Assembly: GCA_001593935.1 (NCBI GenBank)
Contig: LUCE01000002.1
Location: forward strand, 1,290-65,289
Length of the DNA: 64,000 nucleotides
DNA from: Candidatus Bathyarchaeota archaeon B26-2
GTDB taxonomy: Archaea > Thermoproteota > Bathyarchaeia > Bathyarchaeales > B26-1
Direction of reading: 5' to 3'
This document shows positions 35,658 to 45,558 of this stretch, piece by piece. A program made the position numbers and the translations under genes. The notes under the pieces were generated by a model that was not told the origin of the DNA, made no database searches, and saw only the letters and a list, made by a program, of their open reading frames with translations. Numbering within the stretch: position 1 is the first letter of the stretch; every line of letters starts with the position of its first letter.

Positions 35658-37835
35658 ATGTCCGAAAGAGTAGAGATTAAAAAAATCACAACGAGGTCAG
35701 TGGTCATCGGTCTGATCTTAGCGGTCATACTGACATTCATCGGAAGCGCGTTCTACCACCTAATACCAGCATACTCCCACTCCTATGGCAGCACATACGG
35801 AAGGACGCCATACGCATCGCCATACACGTACGCATGGTTCAACTTTTACTGTGCAATAATGCCGACGGTCTTCACGATATTCGTGATCACGTTGATAAAC
35901 ATGGTGAAACCAGTCTTCGCAAAGCACGAAGTTGCAGTGATCTCTATGATAATATTGATGTCAGGAATCTTTGCTTCAGGCACCACCTACACGAATAACC
36001 TCTACTTCTTCTTCACCTACGGTTGGGGATACCTAACCCCGACCAGAATACCTGCTGAAGAAGACGTAGCCAGGATACAGCAGTTCATGGCGCCTATCAT
36101 GGCGTGCGGAAACGACAAAGAGTACTGGCAGATGGTTATGTCGACGTGGTGGTCCCCGATCAGATGGGACTACGTCATGCCTATGATGGTCTGGGGATCA
36201 TTCCTCCTGACTGTTCTCTCCTTCGTAGGCCTCTTCGTCGCTCTCATCACGAGGAGACTGTACGTTGACGTTGAGGCTCTGCCGTTCCCCATAGCGAACG
36301 TAACCAACGAGATGATTGACACAAGCCAACCCACGGATAGCAAAAGACTTGGGTTCTTCAACAAGTTCTTCCTCATAGGCTTCCTCATCCAGTTCATATG
36401 GCTAATCATCGGAAACCTACCATGGGACATATACAGCTACTTCGCTTGGGGAGAACGCGCACCGTGGGGAACAGCCCGAGGCAGATTCGGAGACTTCTTC
36501 ATATACCCAATCTATGATGCAACCCAGCTCGCTCTACTACCATGGGTAGCCCTAAACATCATGATAGAACCTTGGCTGATCGGATGGGGCACTCTGCTCC
36601 CGATGGACGTTATAGTCGGAACTGTAATCGGATGGCTAATATTCCAGGTGATGGTTCCAGTAATCTGGACTGTGGGCCTGGGCATATGGGACCCGATGCC
36701 CTCCTCATTCGGCTACATCTGCAGCCGCCTCTACAGGGGCTCCACTACACCAAACATAGGCATGATCTATTTCGGCGGGCTCATAGCCCTAGCAATCTTC
36801 CCGATAATCAGGAACCTAGGCACCATGGGACCGATCTTTGGAGCTATAACCGGGAAAGAGCCGCCTGAAGACATAGACCCAGAGAAGCCCTATCCCTACA
36901 AGATCGCGATGTGGGGATTCATCGGATCGATGCTACTGTACGTTGCTCTCGCAAGTGTGGCAAATGTTATGCCGACGTGGAGCCTGCTCTGGATACTACT
37001 GACGGTCGTATTCCTCTTCGGAGGATACAGGTTCGTCGCAGAGACCGGTGGATACATGGCCTGCAGCTTCGGCCACCCATTCCACCTACCCAACTGGCCG
37101 CAGCCGATCACATCTATACTGCTTGCAACCCTCCCAGGGGTGATAGGCGTCGAGTCTCGAGCATCCCTCATGACCTACACATTCGTATCTTACGGCTTAG
37201 GAACGCTCTTCAGCTACGTAGCGCACTACGGAGGATACATGACGCTTGAATCCTTCAAACTCGCCAGACTGTCGAACCTAAACATCAAGAACCTATGGAA
37301 GATAGCCCTAGTGACCCTCGTCCTAACGATGTTCATAATGGGCTTCGGAGTCTTCTTCTGGCACAGCGTCTTCCCAGGAGACAAAAGGTACGGAGGCGTC
37401 TACCCATGGTTGGGCGCAGGCCTCTTCTTCAACCTCTACCAGAAGAACATAGCCACGGGCATACCCTACTGGATGGACCGATCCGTATACCTGACAATGT
37501 TCCAAGAGCCAGGTCCAGTTGACACAGTGATCAAGATGGTGATCGGGATCGTCTTGGTCATCGGCTTGATGATGGGCAGAGAGAGATATCCGTGGCTCAG
37601 GATCAGCGCCGCCGGACTTATACTCGGCATGGCCTTCGGCATGAAGTTCTGGGGCTCTTTCATAGTGGCACTGGCGATCAAGTACCTCACGCTGAGGATC
37701 GGAGGGGTGCGCCTCTTCGAGGAGAAGGTCAAACCAGTGATGGTCGGGTTCTTCTACGGCTGGGCTATTGCCGCTATGATACACTGGTTCGTCTACACTC
37801 CGATATGGGTCTTGAAAGTGTACGAGTTGGCCTAA
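35658..37835 (+). CDS. large polytopic membrane protein, unknown function
   Basis: 725 aa with more than 14 hydrophobic helices. Very Trp/Tyr/Phe/Gly-rich. I recognise no catalytic motif. Confidence 0.5.
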   Translation: MSERVEIKKITTRSVVIGLILAVILTFIGSAFYHLIPAYSHSYGSTYGRTPYASPYTYAWFNFYCAIMPTVFTIFVITLINMVKPVFAKHEVAVISMIILMSGIFASGTTYTNNLYFFFTYGWGYLTPTRIPAEEDVARIQQFMAPIMACGNDKEYWQMVMSTWWSPIRWDYVMPMMVWGSFLLTVLSFVGLFVALITRRLYVDVEALPFPIANVTNEMIDTSQPTDSKRLGFFNKFFLIGFLIQFIWLIIGNLPWDIYSYFAWGERAPWGTARGRFGDFFIYPIYDATQLALLPWVALNIMIEPWLIGWGTLLPMDVIVGTVIGWLIFQVMVPVIWTVGLGIWDPMPSSFGYICSRLYRGSTTPNIGMIYFGGLIALAIFPIIRNLGTMGPIFGAITGKEPPEDIDPEKPYPYKIAMWGFIGSMLLYVALASVANVMPTWSLLWILLTVVFLFGGYRFVAETGGYMACSFGHPFHLPNWPQPITSILLATLPGVIGVESRASLMTYTFVSYGLGTLFSYVAHYGGYMTLESFKLARLSNLNIKNLWKIALVTLVLTMFIMGFGVFFWHSVFPGDKRYGGVYPWLGAGLFFNLYQKNIATGIPYWMDRSVYLTMFQEPGPVDTVIKMVIGIVLVIGLMMGRERYPWLRISAAGLILGMAFGMKFWGSFIVALAIKYLTLRIGGVRLFEEKVKPVMVGFFYGWAIAAMIHWFVYTPIWVLKVYELA

Positions 37836-38054
37836 GAACCCTATAGACATAAATCACACAACCTCCATTATTTTTTGCCAATTTTTCTAATCATGTTGAT
37901 TGAAGTCGACTGTAAAGCATCCCCATAGTAAAGGGGTAATGTTGAGGCTCACGAGGGTGGATGCCGCTTTTGGCCTTATAGGACGGTAATCAGAAAATCT
38001 TTTTAATTTTCTATCCTTCAAGGAGATGGGAGAGCCGGGTGAAAGGGGGATGGC

Positions 38055-38975
38055 ATGAATCTTAGGATCGGTCTGCCGGGTGGAGCTCGGTGCGCCGTAG
38101 TCGTAACTTATGACACCGATATGGCCGGAGGATACTCGCCTGACGGCGTTTGCCATGGAAGGACAGCACCTTTCCTGATGGATTATATTAATAGGCTCTG
38201 TGAGACGGCTGAGGATTACGGAGTTCGGCTTCAATTCTTCCAGATCGCGAATGGGCTGGAACTTGACGGCGTCGTCTCCCACCTGAAGGATGTCATCCGG
38301 AGGGGACACGCAGTTGACTGCCACACGTATAACCATATAAACCTCGCCTACAGTTCCCCGCGAGACTTGGATGAAGACTTGAACCTTGCGAACCGCCTCT
38401 TCGAAGAGCGTCTCGGCTACAGGTCTGTGATCTTGAGGGGGCCCGGAGGCTATAGACATAACGAACTGAAGGCTGAGAACCAAAGAGTGATCCTCAAGAA
38501 CGGGTATATGTGGGTGAGCGGAGAGTTCGATTACGACCTCTTGAAGCGGAGAGACTACACCTATATGATTAGCGCCCCATCACGTAATCTCCCGTTCCGT
38601 TATTCCACTGGCTTGATAGAGATACCCATACAGGGGTGGACCGATAGGACATGGTTCGACTCCCACAGGCTTATCGACCCAGAAGCCTACGCCTGCTGGA
38701 GAAAGAAGTGTGGTCACCGTCCGGTACCTAAAGGATGGAGGTGTCCTTGGACCGACACCGCCGCCCTAGACGACTGGATTAAGATGAACTTAGAGTGCCT
38801 CGACTATGCCTACGAACACGGTTTGGTCTGGGTTCTCTGCTGGCACCCATACAGCCACTATCTACACGACCCAGAAAACCGGATGCTCCCATCCTTACTC
38901 GAGGCGGCGTCCAAAAAGGCGGAAAAGGTCCTAATATGGACAATGAGAGACCTAATTCAACACGTAGAGAAGTAA
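38055..38975 (+). CDS. polysaccharide deacetylase-like (CE4/NodB homology) protein
   Basis: VVTYDTD (motif 1-like) and CHTYNH (H-[ST]-x-x-H motif 2). Confidence 0.5.
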   Translation: MNLRIGLPGGARCAVVVTYDTDMAGGYSPDGVCHGRTAPFLMDYINRLCETAEDYGVRLQFFQIANGLELDGVVSHLKDVIRRGHAVDCHTYNHINLAYSSPRDLDEDLNLANRLFEERLGYRSVILRGPGGYRHNELKAENQRVILKNGYMWVSGEFDYDLLKRRDYTYMISAPSRNLPFRYSTGLIEIPIQGWTDRTWFDSHRLIDPEAYACWRKKCGHRPVPKGWRCPWTDTAALDDWIKMNLECLDYAYEHGLVWVLCWHPYSHYLHDPENRMLPSLLEAASKKAEKVLIWTMRDLIQHVEK

Positions 38976-39050
38976 TGTTTGGAAAAGCGTGTGCCAAACC
39001 GAACCCTTATCTGTGGGGGTTATACTAGAAGAAAGATGTGAGAGAGACGC

Positions 39051-39269
39051 ATGAAAGTCTTGATCAACCGAGAGAACTGTATAGGTTGCGGAGTCTGTGA
39101 AGCCCTCTGCCCAGAGGTCTTCGAGATCGACGAAGACGGGTTCTCCAAGGTAAAAGAGCCTTACCGTAAGGGAGGCCCGGAAAGAGGCGAGGTCGGGGAG
39201 CACCTAAAAGGATGCGTCGAGGAAGCTTCCAGTTCGTGCCCAGTCTCAGTTATAACTGTGGAAGATTAA
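39051..39269 (+). CDS. fdx: ferredoxin, single [4Fe-4S] Pyrococcus type
   Basis: CIGCGVCEALCPEVFEIDEDG ... CPVSVITVED. Confidence 0.9.
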   Translation: MKVLINRENCIGCGVCEALCPEVFEIDEDGFSKVKEPYRKGGPERGEVGEHLKGCVEEASSSCPVSVITVED

Positions 39270-39313
39270 AGATGTTCTTAAGCCCTTTCTCCCAGCGAGA
39301 AGAGTTTCTTACC

Positions 39314-40396
39314 TCAACGTCTGAGGATTCTGCGGATCACGTAGAACGCGGCTGCTAAGCCTCCTATCAAGGCCCCTACCGGTATACCATACTTGAGCAT
39401 CCAGTACTTCGCCTCGTGGAACGTGAAGATCTTTCCCTTCAGTTCTCTATTCATGAAGTCGAGAACCCTAGCCAAGACGAGGTCTAGGGGAAGGTTATGT
39501 CCAGAGTCGTACCAGTAGACCTTCTTCGGTTCTCGAGCCTTCTCGTAGAGTAGTTCTCCAGTCTCAGCTGGAACTATCTCATCGAACCTCCCCAAGTGGA
39601 AGACCACCGGTCTTGGGGAGAACCTCCATATGAAGTTTAATGGGTCTACAGGGTCTAGGAAGTTCTGTAGCCACTCATAAGTGAGGTTCGCCTCTCGGAG
39701 GTACTCCCTTATCGGTGGTATGGCTGGATGTTGGCTCTTCATGATCATGAGACTCATGTTTCCTCCCGCCACGAGGAGGGCGGCCGCTTTTATTCTAGGC
39801 TCGACGCCTATGAAGATCGCGCCGAAGATTCCGCCCATGCTTCCTCCAACGTATCCCACCTTCTCCATGTCAACCTCTGGTCTGGTCTCCAGATAGTCTA
39901 CGGCTCTTCGGAGGTCTATGATCGTCTGGATTATGCCCCTCCTCGAGTCGTTGAGGTCTGTTGAGTAGAGGGCCCTCCCTTCCTCTCTTCTCTCGCCGTG
40001 GTACTCGGCGTCTATCGCGATTACAGCGTATCCTTCACCTGCGATTAATCCGGCGGCCTCTAAAACTCCCTCCTTACTCCCGCCGTAGCCGTGTAAGAAG
40101 ACTATGCATGGATATGGCCCCTCGCCCTTTGGAGTTATGAAGATTGCTGGAACCCTCTCCCCATTTACCGAATCGAAGTATACCTTGTATGCTTTGTAGT
40201 TCTCCTTCTCCTCGAGGAGAGTCTCATTAACGTTGAGAGGCATCGACCGGTCGTAATCGTAGAACTTAAGGTAATCTTCCCCGCCGTTGCCACCTTCCGC
40301 AGAGTGGTTAAAGGCAACCGACAAGGCTGAGAAGAGCAGCGGTATCATGACGCAGCAACTCCACACATGGGTTATCCTCATAGATCTGAACCTCAC
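39314..40396 (-). CDS. alpha/beta hydrolase (dienelactone hydrolase/S9-like esterase), secreted and C-terminally anchored
   Basis: HGYGGSK oxyanion region and nucleophile elbow GGSMGG. N-terminal signal-like segment and C-terminal TM plus RRILRR. Confidence 0.75.
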   Translation of the reverse strand: MRFRSMRITHVWSCCVMIPLLFSALSVAFNHSAEGGNGGEDYLKFYDYDRSMPLNVNETLLEEKENYKAYKVYFDSVNGERVPAIFITPKGEGPYPCIVFLHGYGGSKEGVLEAAGLIAGEGYAVIAIDAEYHGERREEGRALYSTDLNDSRRGIIQTIIDLRRAVDYLETRPEVDMEKVGYVGGSMGGIFGAIFIGVEPRIKAAALLVAGGNMSLMIMKSQHPAIPPIREYLREANLTYEWLQNFLDPVDPLNFIWRFSPRPVVFHLGRFDEIVPAETGELLYEKAREPKKVYWYDSGHNLPLDLVLARVLDFMNRELKGKIFTFHEAKYWMLKYGIPVGALIGGLAAAFYVIRRILRR

Positions 40397-40491
40397 CTCT
40401 ACCCATTAAACCCTTAAAGGGAGAAGGTTAATATCCGTTTTCATTAATTCCGCACTGTTATCCTCGGATTTGAACCCAAAAACAACAATAA

Positions 40492-40569
40492 TGGTGGACC
40501 GGGCGGGATTTGAACCCGCGACCTCCCGAGTGCAAGTCGGGCGTTCATGCCAGGCTGAACTACCGGCCC
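40492..40569 (-). tRNA. tRNA-Ala (anticodon UGC), CCA encoded
   Basis: Reverse strand: GGGCCGG TA GTTC AGCCTGGCAT GAAC G CCCGA CTTGCAC TCGGG AGGTC GCGGG TTCAAAT CCCGC CCGGTCC A CCA. It folds as a clean cloverleaf with the G3:U70 alanine identity pair. Confidence 0.95.
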
Positions 40570-40591
40570 AAAGATAAATATGTGTTTCTGG

Positions 40592-40599
40592 TTTAAAAA
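40592..40599 (-). promoter_or_regulatory. TATA box for tRNA-Ala
   Basis: TTTTTAAA on the minus strand, 23-30 nt upstream of tRNA position 1, preceded by purine-rich AACACAA. Confidence 0.55.
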
Positions 40600-40724
40600 T
40601 TGTGTTTGTTTTGGAGGTTGTTAACCGACAGACTTAAGTTTGGGCGGTGTCTCCGGTATTCTTGTTGGTTGTTGTAGGTTGGCGGTTCATCGTTTCTTGC
40701 GGGGTGGTGTTGGGTTTGGGTCAT

Positions 40725-41489
40725 GTGATTAGGGAGGGGGATGATGTCCTCCTTTTCTTGGATAGGAGGAGGACATACTTGGTTAGGGTTGAGAGGAGGG
40801 CTTTTCACACTCATAAGGGTGTCGTTCAGCTTGGGGAGCTTGTCGGGAGGGAGTATGGAACCCGTATTAGGAGTAGTGCTGGCGTTGAGTTTGTAGCCCT
40901 CAAGCCGAACGTTAGGGATCATCTCTTCAAGATGGCTAGGGGGACCCAGATAATCTACCCCAAAGACTTGGGGTTGATCATGATTTATACTGGTGTCGGT
41001 CCCGGGAGCCGAGTTGTCGAGGCTGGAACCGGAACCGGCGCCCTGACAAGCGTTCTAGCATACTACGTTAAGCCTTCAGGCAGGGTTTACAGCTACGAGG
41101 TTAGGCCGGAGTTCGTGGAGATAGCCTCCAAGAACCTTGAGAGGGCTGGAGTCCTAGAGTATGTTGAGCTGAAGAACAAGGATATAACCGAGGGTATAGA
41201 TGAGTCCGGTGTCGACGCCGTCATCTTGGACTTAGCTACTCCATGGCTGGTTGTTCCGCACGCATACTCGGCTCTGAAGGGGAGCGGCTCCTTCGCGTCC
41301 TTCAGTCCGACGATAGACCAGGTTGTCAAGACAGTCAAGGCATTGAGGGAACACGGGTTCGTTTACATAGAGACCGTTGAGTGCTTGTTGAGAGGGATAC
41401 GCGCTGAGGAGGGGAGAACGCGGCCGGAGACTCTGATGACAGGCCATACGGGATACATAACGTTCGCGCGTAAGGGGCTACGCACGTGA
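40725..41489 (+). CDS. trmI: tRNA (adenine-N1)-methyltransferase TrmI
   Basis: (V)IREGDDVLLFLD...THKGVVQL...RGTQIIYPKD...VEAGTGTGALT...HTGYITFARK parallels P. abyssi TrmI. Homology places the start at GTG 40725, not 40647. Confidence 0.85.
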   Translation: MIREGDDVLLFLDRRRTYLVRVERRAFHTHKGVVQLGELVGREYGTRIRSSAGVEFVALKPNVRDHLFKMARGTQIIYPKDLGLIMIYTGVGPGSRVVEAGTGTGALTSVLAYYVKPSGRVYSYEVRPEFVEIASKNLERAGVLEYVELKNKDITEGIDESGVDAVILDLATPWLVVPHAYSALKGSGSFASFSPTIDQVVKTVKALREHGFVYIETVECLLRGIRAEEGRTRPETLMTGHTGYITFARKGLRT

Positions 41490-41516
41490 CGTAAAGAAAT
41501 GAGGTGAGAGGGGTAT

Positions 41517-42800
41517 CTAAGTTTCTGGTATGAGGCTTAGGTCTCCGGTGTAGGCTGCTTCGAGTGTGGGCTTCATCAAGCGGTCTACGTCGCCTTTCTC
41601 AGCGTCCATCGGAATAGGCATATTCTGTAGTTTCATCTTGAGCTGTGGGTCCTTCGCAGCCTCAACCATCTTCTTTATGTGCTCTTCTGTTGCTCCTGCC
41701 TCCTTCAAGGTCGTCGGAAACTCTATGCTCCTAGAGAACTCTATCATGGCTTGGGCCACAGCCTCTGCAAGCGGCCTTCCACTCGTCTCAGCTTTCTCCG
41801 GAGGCATAAACCCTGCTTCTACGTAGATCGGTGCAACCCTGCGGAGTTGGTCCTGGATCGCCGATGAGAAGAGGACCGTGTAGTATGGGTTTAGGATGGC
41901 GCAGGCTCTCCCATGCGTGAGTATGTCGACGAGGGAGAAGCTCCCCAAGTGTCCCCCGTTCGTTCCTCCAAGCATTATGGCGTAACCGCCCATATCCGTT
42001 CCCAAGCCTAAAGCGTAACGGGCCTCCATATCGTCCGGTCTCTCAACAGCTCTTGGGAGGGCCTCAACGATCAGTCTAATCCCTGTGTAAGCCACCTCGC
42101 TCACTTTTTCGTAGTAGGGTTTACCGGTTGACCCCATCCAGACCTCCCAGCAGTGAGCTATGCCGTCGAGGGCTCCGTCCTTCGTTAGGTTTGGCGGACT
42201 CGTCTTCGTCACGTCGTATTGGAAGACGGCGGCTCTAGGGATTATCGACTCGTCTACGATCAGTTTCTTCTGGTTCGTCATCACATCCGTGACGTTCGAG
42301 TATTTTGTGAGGTGAGCCGCCGAGCTGCTCGCAGTCTGGATTGCTATGAGAGGAATCTGCTCCCCTCCCGACTTCTCGGTGACCCTCCCCGTTCCGAAGT
42401 AGTCGTCGATGACGCCTCCGTAGCTTGACAAGACAAGGGCCGCCTTAGCGGCGTCGATGCAGCTACCTCCACCGACCGCTATAACCCCGTCGCATCCCAA
42501 CTTCAGTATCTGATACGCAAGTCTGTAAACGTCCTCTTTGGGAGTGTTTGGGCGAGCTCCATCCAGAACGCCTAGAACCGTGAAGCCTCTCTCGCTTAAG
42601 GCTTCGGTAACAAAGTCCACGATCCCGCTCTTTCGACCGGTCCTTCCGCTCACTATGGCCACGTTCTTCCCAATTCTATCGGCGAACCTCCCGATCTCCT
42701 TGAGGGCGTTCTCACCGAAGGCGTAGCTGTCCCCTTTAAACTCTCTCAGGAGCTTCTCAGCCCGCTTGGCATCATCCTTCCTCATCCTCATCAACTCCAT
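41517..42800 (-). CDS. iron-containing (group III) alcohol dehydrogenase family protein
   Basis: GGGSCIDAAK motif. 427 aa. Confidence 0.8.
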   Translation of the reverse strand: MELMRMRKDDAKRAEKLLREFKGDSYAFGENALKEIGRFADRIGKNVAIVSGRTGRKSGIVDFVTEALSERGFTVLGVLDGARPNTPKEDVYRLAYQILKLGCDGVIAVGGGSCIDAAKAALVLSSYGGVIDDYFGTGRVTEKSGGEQIPLIAIQTASSSAAHLTKYSNVTDVMTNQKKLIVDESIIPRAAVFQYDVTKTSPPNLTKDGALDGIAHCWEVWMGSTGKPYYEKVSEVAYTGIRLIVEALPRAVERPDDMEARYALGLGTDMGGYAIMLGGTNGGHLGSFSLVDILTHGRACAILNPYYTVLFSSAIQDQLRRVAPIYVEAGFMPPEKAETSGRPLAEAVAQAMIEFSRSIEFPTTLKEAGATEEHIKKMVEAAKDPQLKMKLQNMPIPMDAEKGDVDRLMKPTLEAAYTGDLSLIPET

Positions 42801-42935
42801 GAATATTCTCGAGCCTCAGACTATAAAAGATTTTCAAGTAATCTTCCACGTTCAGTGAAGTAATTTAACCCTTAAGTGGGAGAACTCAAAATATAAAAGT
42901 AAAGTTGCATAGCCCAATTAGAGGCCCGAGAAGCA

Positions 42936-43379
42936 ATGGTGCTAGATAGACTTAGACGCAAGAAACCCAAGGTCCCACCGATCTCCAGAAGCGAGTTCCT
43001 CAGTATAAGGCCGGTTAGGAATCCTAATGTCAAGTGGGAGAGGAGGGAGAGCGGAGATATTCTCCTCCGGATACCCTTGGCTCCCCCAAAGGGCATATCG
43101 AAGTTCGTGCTTAAGATGTTCTCCGTGAACAGCCGTGAGAAGAAGATAATAATTCCAGATAAGATAGGTGCACTTGTGTGGGAGCTCTGCGACGGCAAGA
43201 GAACACTGAAGGAGATATCCGAAACTCTCCAAAAGAGGTACAAGATGATGTCCGTCGAGGCTGAGCTCTCCTTGAGCACCTATCTCAACAACCTCTCGAA
43301 GAAAGGTCTCCTCGGCTTCATACTGCCCGAGGGAGCGAGCGAACGCCTCAAGAAGGCGTTAGAGGAGGGGAAGACCTAA
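42936..43379 (+). CDS. PqqD-family (RRE-like) protein with N-terminal extension
   Basis: IPDKIGALVWELCDGKRTLKEISETLQKRYKMMSVEAELSLSTYLNNLSKKGLL is a typical PqqD winged-helix pattern. Confidence 0.65.
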   Translation: MVLDRLRRKKPKVPPISRSEFLSIRPVRNPNVKWERRESGDILLRIPLAPPKGISKFVLKMFSVNSREKKIIIPDKIGALVWELCDGKRTLKEISETLQKRYKMMSVEAELSLSTYLNNLSKKGLLGFILPEGASERLKKALEEGKT

Positions 43380-43413
43380 GGAACCGCCGAGCCTCCGGAT
43401 TCGTTTAAATCGG

Positions 43414-45558
43414 TTGGTGGAACGGCTGAAAGTTACAGAACAACCTCATATCGAGGTTGGGCCCAGCATCCTCTCTGATGTTGACGAAGCCCTCAGCCTA
43501 GAATGGATAGTTACGAACGGGCTCGGCGGATACGCGTCATCAACTGTTCTAGGCGTAAATACAAGAAAGTATCACGGGCTCTTGGTCGCCGCCTTCAACC
43601 CACCCCTCAAGAGGTACGTCCTCCTAACGAAGCTCGAGGAGGAACTCCGCATCGAACGCGGAAAGAACGATGAAGATATCAAATACTACTTGAGTTCAAA
43701 CGAGTTTAAGGACATGATTCGTCCACCCTCCTACCGGCATTGGATAGGTTTTTCCCTCAGCCCTTTCCCAACGTTCAGATATGAGGCTGGAGGGCTCTAC
43801 GTCACTAAAAGCATACTCATGCCTTACCTGAAGAATGTGGTTATCTGCTCGTATACCGTTCTCAATACTCTCGATGAGCCGGTTCGATTCACAGTGAGCC
43901 CCCTATTGAATATGCGTCACATCTACGAGGTTACAGACCGTCGCGTTAAGCCTTTGAAGTTCCTCCAGAAACCCTTGGGGAACAGAGTCCTAGTCAGGGT
44001 GGAGAGTCTCCCCTACAACCTAGTAGTTTCCGCAACAGAGGGAGAGTACATTCCATCCTCGGAGGATGAAATATGGATAGACAGAATCTACTTCAGGGTT
44101 GACAGTTCTAGGGGTGAGAATTGTCTAGACGATAACTACAGACCCGGCTTCTTCACAGTCTCTTTAGAACCTGGAGAGGCCAAGCGCCTTCATATAGTTG
44201 CCGCCTCCGGGCTGACCGAGGCCGAGGCTCTCTCGTTATGCTCTGAGACGGAGAGTGATGAATCTGTAAGGGAGATTTTCCGGAGCGAGGAGACGCGTAG
44301 AGCACGCTTACTTAGAAGTTCTTTCCAGAGTCTATCTCGAAGAGGCGTTAGGCTGAATGTTTGGCTCGAGGAAGGATTGAAGTGGCTCATAGCCTCGACC
44401 GACCTCTTCCTAACACTCAAGAGGCCTACTGGGCTGAAGTCGATCATCGCTGGCTACCACTGGTTCGGAGAGTGGGGCCGAGACTCAATGATCTCACTCC
44501 CAGGCCTAACGCTTGTAACCGGGAGGTTCAGTTTGGCAAGAGATGTTCTCCTCAACTTCAGTCGATACTGTAGGCAAGGCTTGATACCGAACAGCTTCCC
44601 TGAGGGTGTTCATGATTCAGAGCCGTCCTACAACTCTGTGGACGCTTCTCTCTGGTTCGTCAACGCGGTCTTCCATTACGTTAAGTACACTGGGGACATG
44701 GAGTTCGTCTCTCGAAGGCTGTGGGGCACCTTGAAGTCCATAATCGAGGCTTACATTGAAGGAACCCTCTTCGGCATACGTATGGACAGCAGCTGCCTGA
44801 TCGAGCATGGTCCTAGACTCACCTGGATGGATGCGGCTGTCGGAGGGGTTCCTGCTACTCCTAGAGGCGGGAAGGCCGTTGAGGTTGAGGCTTTATGGTA
44901 TAACGCCTTGAGGGTCATGGAGGCCCTCGCTTCTAGGCTCGGATTCTCAGATGAGGCGCATAGATACAGTAGCATCGCCTACGAAGCGTATGAGAGTTTC
45001 AATAGGGAGTTCTGGAACCCTAAAGGCGGATATCTCTTCGATGTCGTTGAGGGTGGACGTAGAGACTCGTCCTTAAGGCCGAACCAGATAATCGCTGTCT
45101 CATTGGACTTTCCTATACTCGAAGGGTCGAGGGCGGCTCGTGTGGTCGAGGTCGTCTGGAGGCGGCTCTGGGCGACTTACGGATTGAGAACTCTAGATAG
45201 GGATGACCCGGAATACGTTGGGTGTTACATAGGAGATTGGGCTCATAGAGACAAGGCTTACCACAACGGAACAGTCTGGACCTGGCTTCTGGGACCCTTC
45301 GTCACAGCGTTCCTCAAGGTGAGAAGACATGAGGAGAGATGGAGGAGATTCGCCATAGAGGCCTTCTTCAGACCGCTCTTCGTAGACGAGCCCTTCAGAG
45401 CGGGATTAGGCACCTTCAGCGAGATCTTCGACGGAGATCCACCCCACACACCGCGGGGATGCATATCTCAAGCTTGGAGCGTGGCGGAGCCTCTGAGGTC
45501 CCTTGTGGAGGACGCCTTGTATTTGAGGCCTCCGTTCGAGTGTGACTTCCTCGGTTAG
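43414..45558 (+). CDS. glycogen debranching enzyme / amylo-alpha-1,6-glucosidase family
   Basis: N-terminal GLGGYASSTVLGVNTRKYHGLL and catalytic-domain GYHWFGEWGRDSMISLPGL. Confidence 0.85.
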   Translation: MVERLKVTEQPHIEVGPSILSDVDEALSLEWIVTNGLGGYASSTVLGVNTRKYHGLLVAAFNPPLKRYVLLTKLEEELRIERGKNDEDIKYYLSSNEFKDMIRPPSYRHWIGFSLSPFPTFRYEAGGLYVTKSILMPYLKNVVICSYTVLNTLDEPVRFTVSPLLNMRHIYEVTDRRVKPLKFLQKPLGNRVLVRVESLPYNLVVSATEGEYIPSSEDEIWIDRIYFRVDSSRGENCLDDNYRPGFFTVSLEPGEAKRLHIVAASGLTEAEALSLCSETESDESVREIFRSEETRRARLLRSSFQSLSRRGVRLNVWLEEGLKWLIASTDLFLTLKRPTGLKSIIAGYHWFGEWGRDSMISLPGLTLVTGRFSLARDVLLNFSRYCRQGLIPNSFPEGVHDSEPSYNSVDASLWFVNAVFHYVKYTGDMEFVSRRLWGTLKSIIEAYIEGTLFGIRMDSSCLIEHGPRLTWMDAAVGGVPATPRGGKAVEVEALWYNALRVMEALASRLGFSDEAHRYSSIAYEAYESFNREFWNPKGGYLFDVVEGGRRDSSLRPNQIIAVSLDFPILEGSRAARVVEVVWRRLWATYGLRTLDRDDPEYVGCYIGDWAHRDKAYHNGTVWTWLLGPFVTAFLKVRRHEERWRRFAIEAFFRPLFVDEPFRAGLGTFSEIFDGDPPHTPRGCISQAWSVAEPLRSLVEDALYLRPPFECDFLG

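Noticed and set aside
36170-37850. Several overlapping ORFs on both strands (e.g. 36542-36868, 36911-37249, 37323-37850)
   Set aside because: All are nested in the 725-aa membrane protein gene. They are Arg/His/Pro-rich off-frame products.
37887-38483. 198-aa minus-strand ORF spanning the spacer and the 5' end of the CE4-like gene
   Set aside because: It overlaps the better-supported plus-strand gene (NodB-like motifs and GGGGGAT before the ATG). It has no recognisable motif.
42872-43279. 135-aa and 96-aa minus-strand ORFs
   Set aside because: They are antisense to the PqqD-like gene, whose winged-helix motif is convincing.
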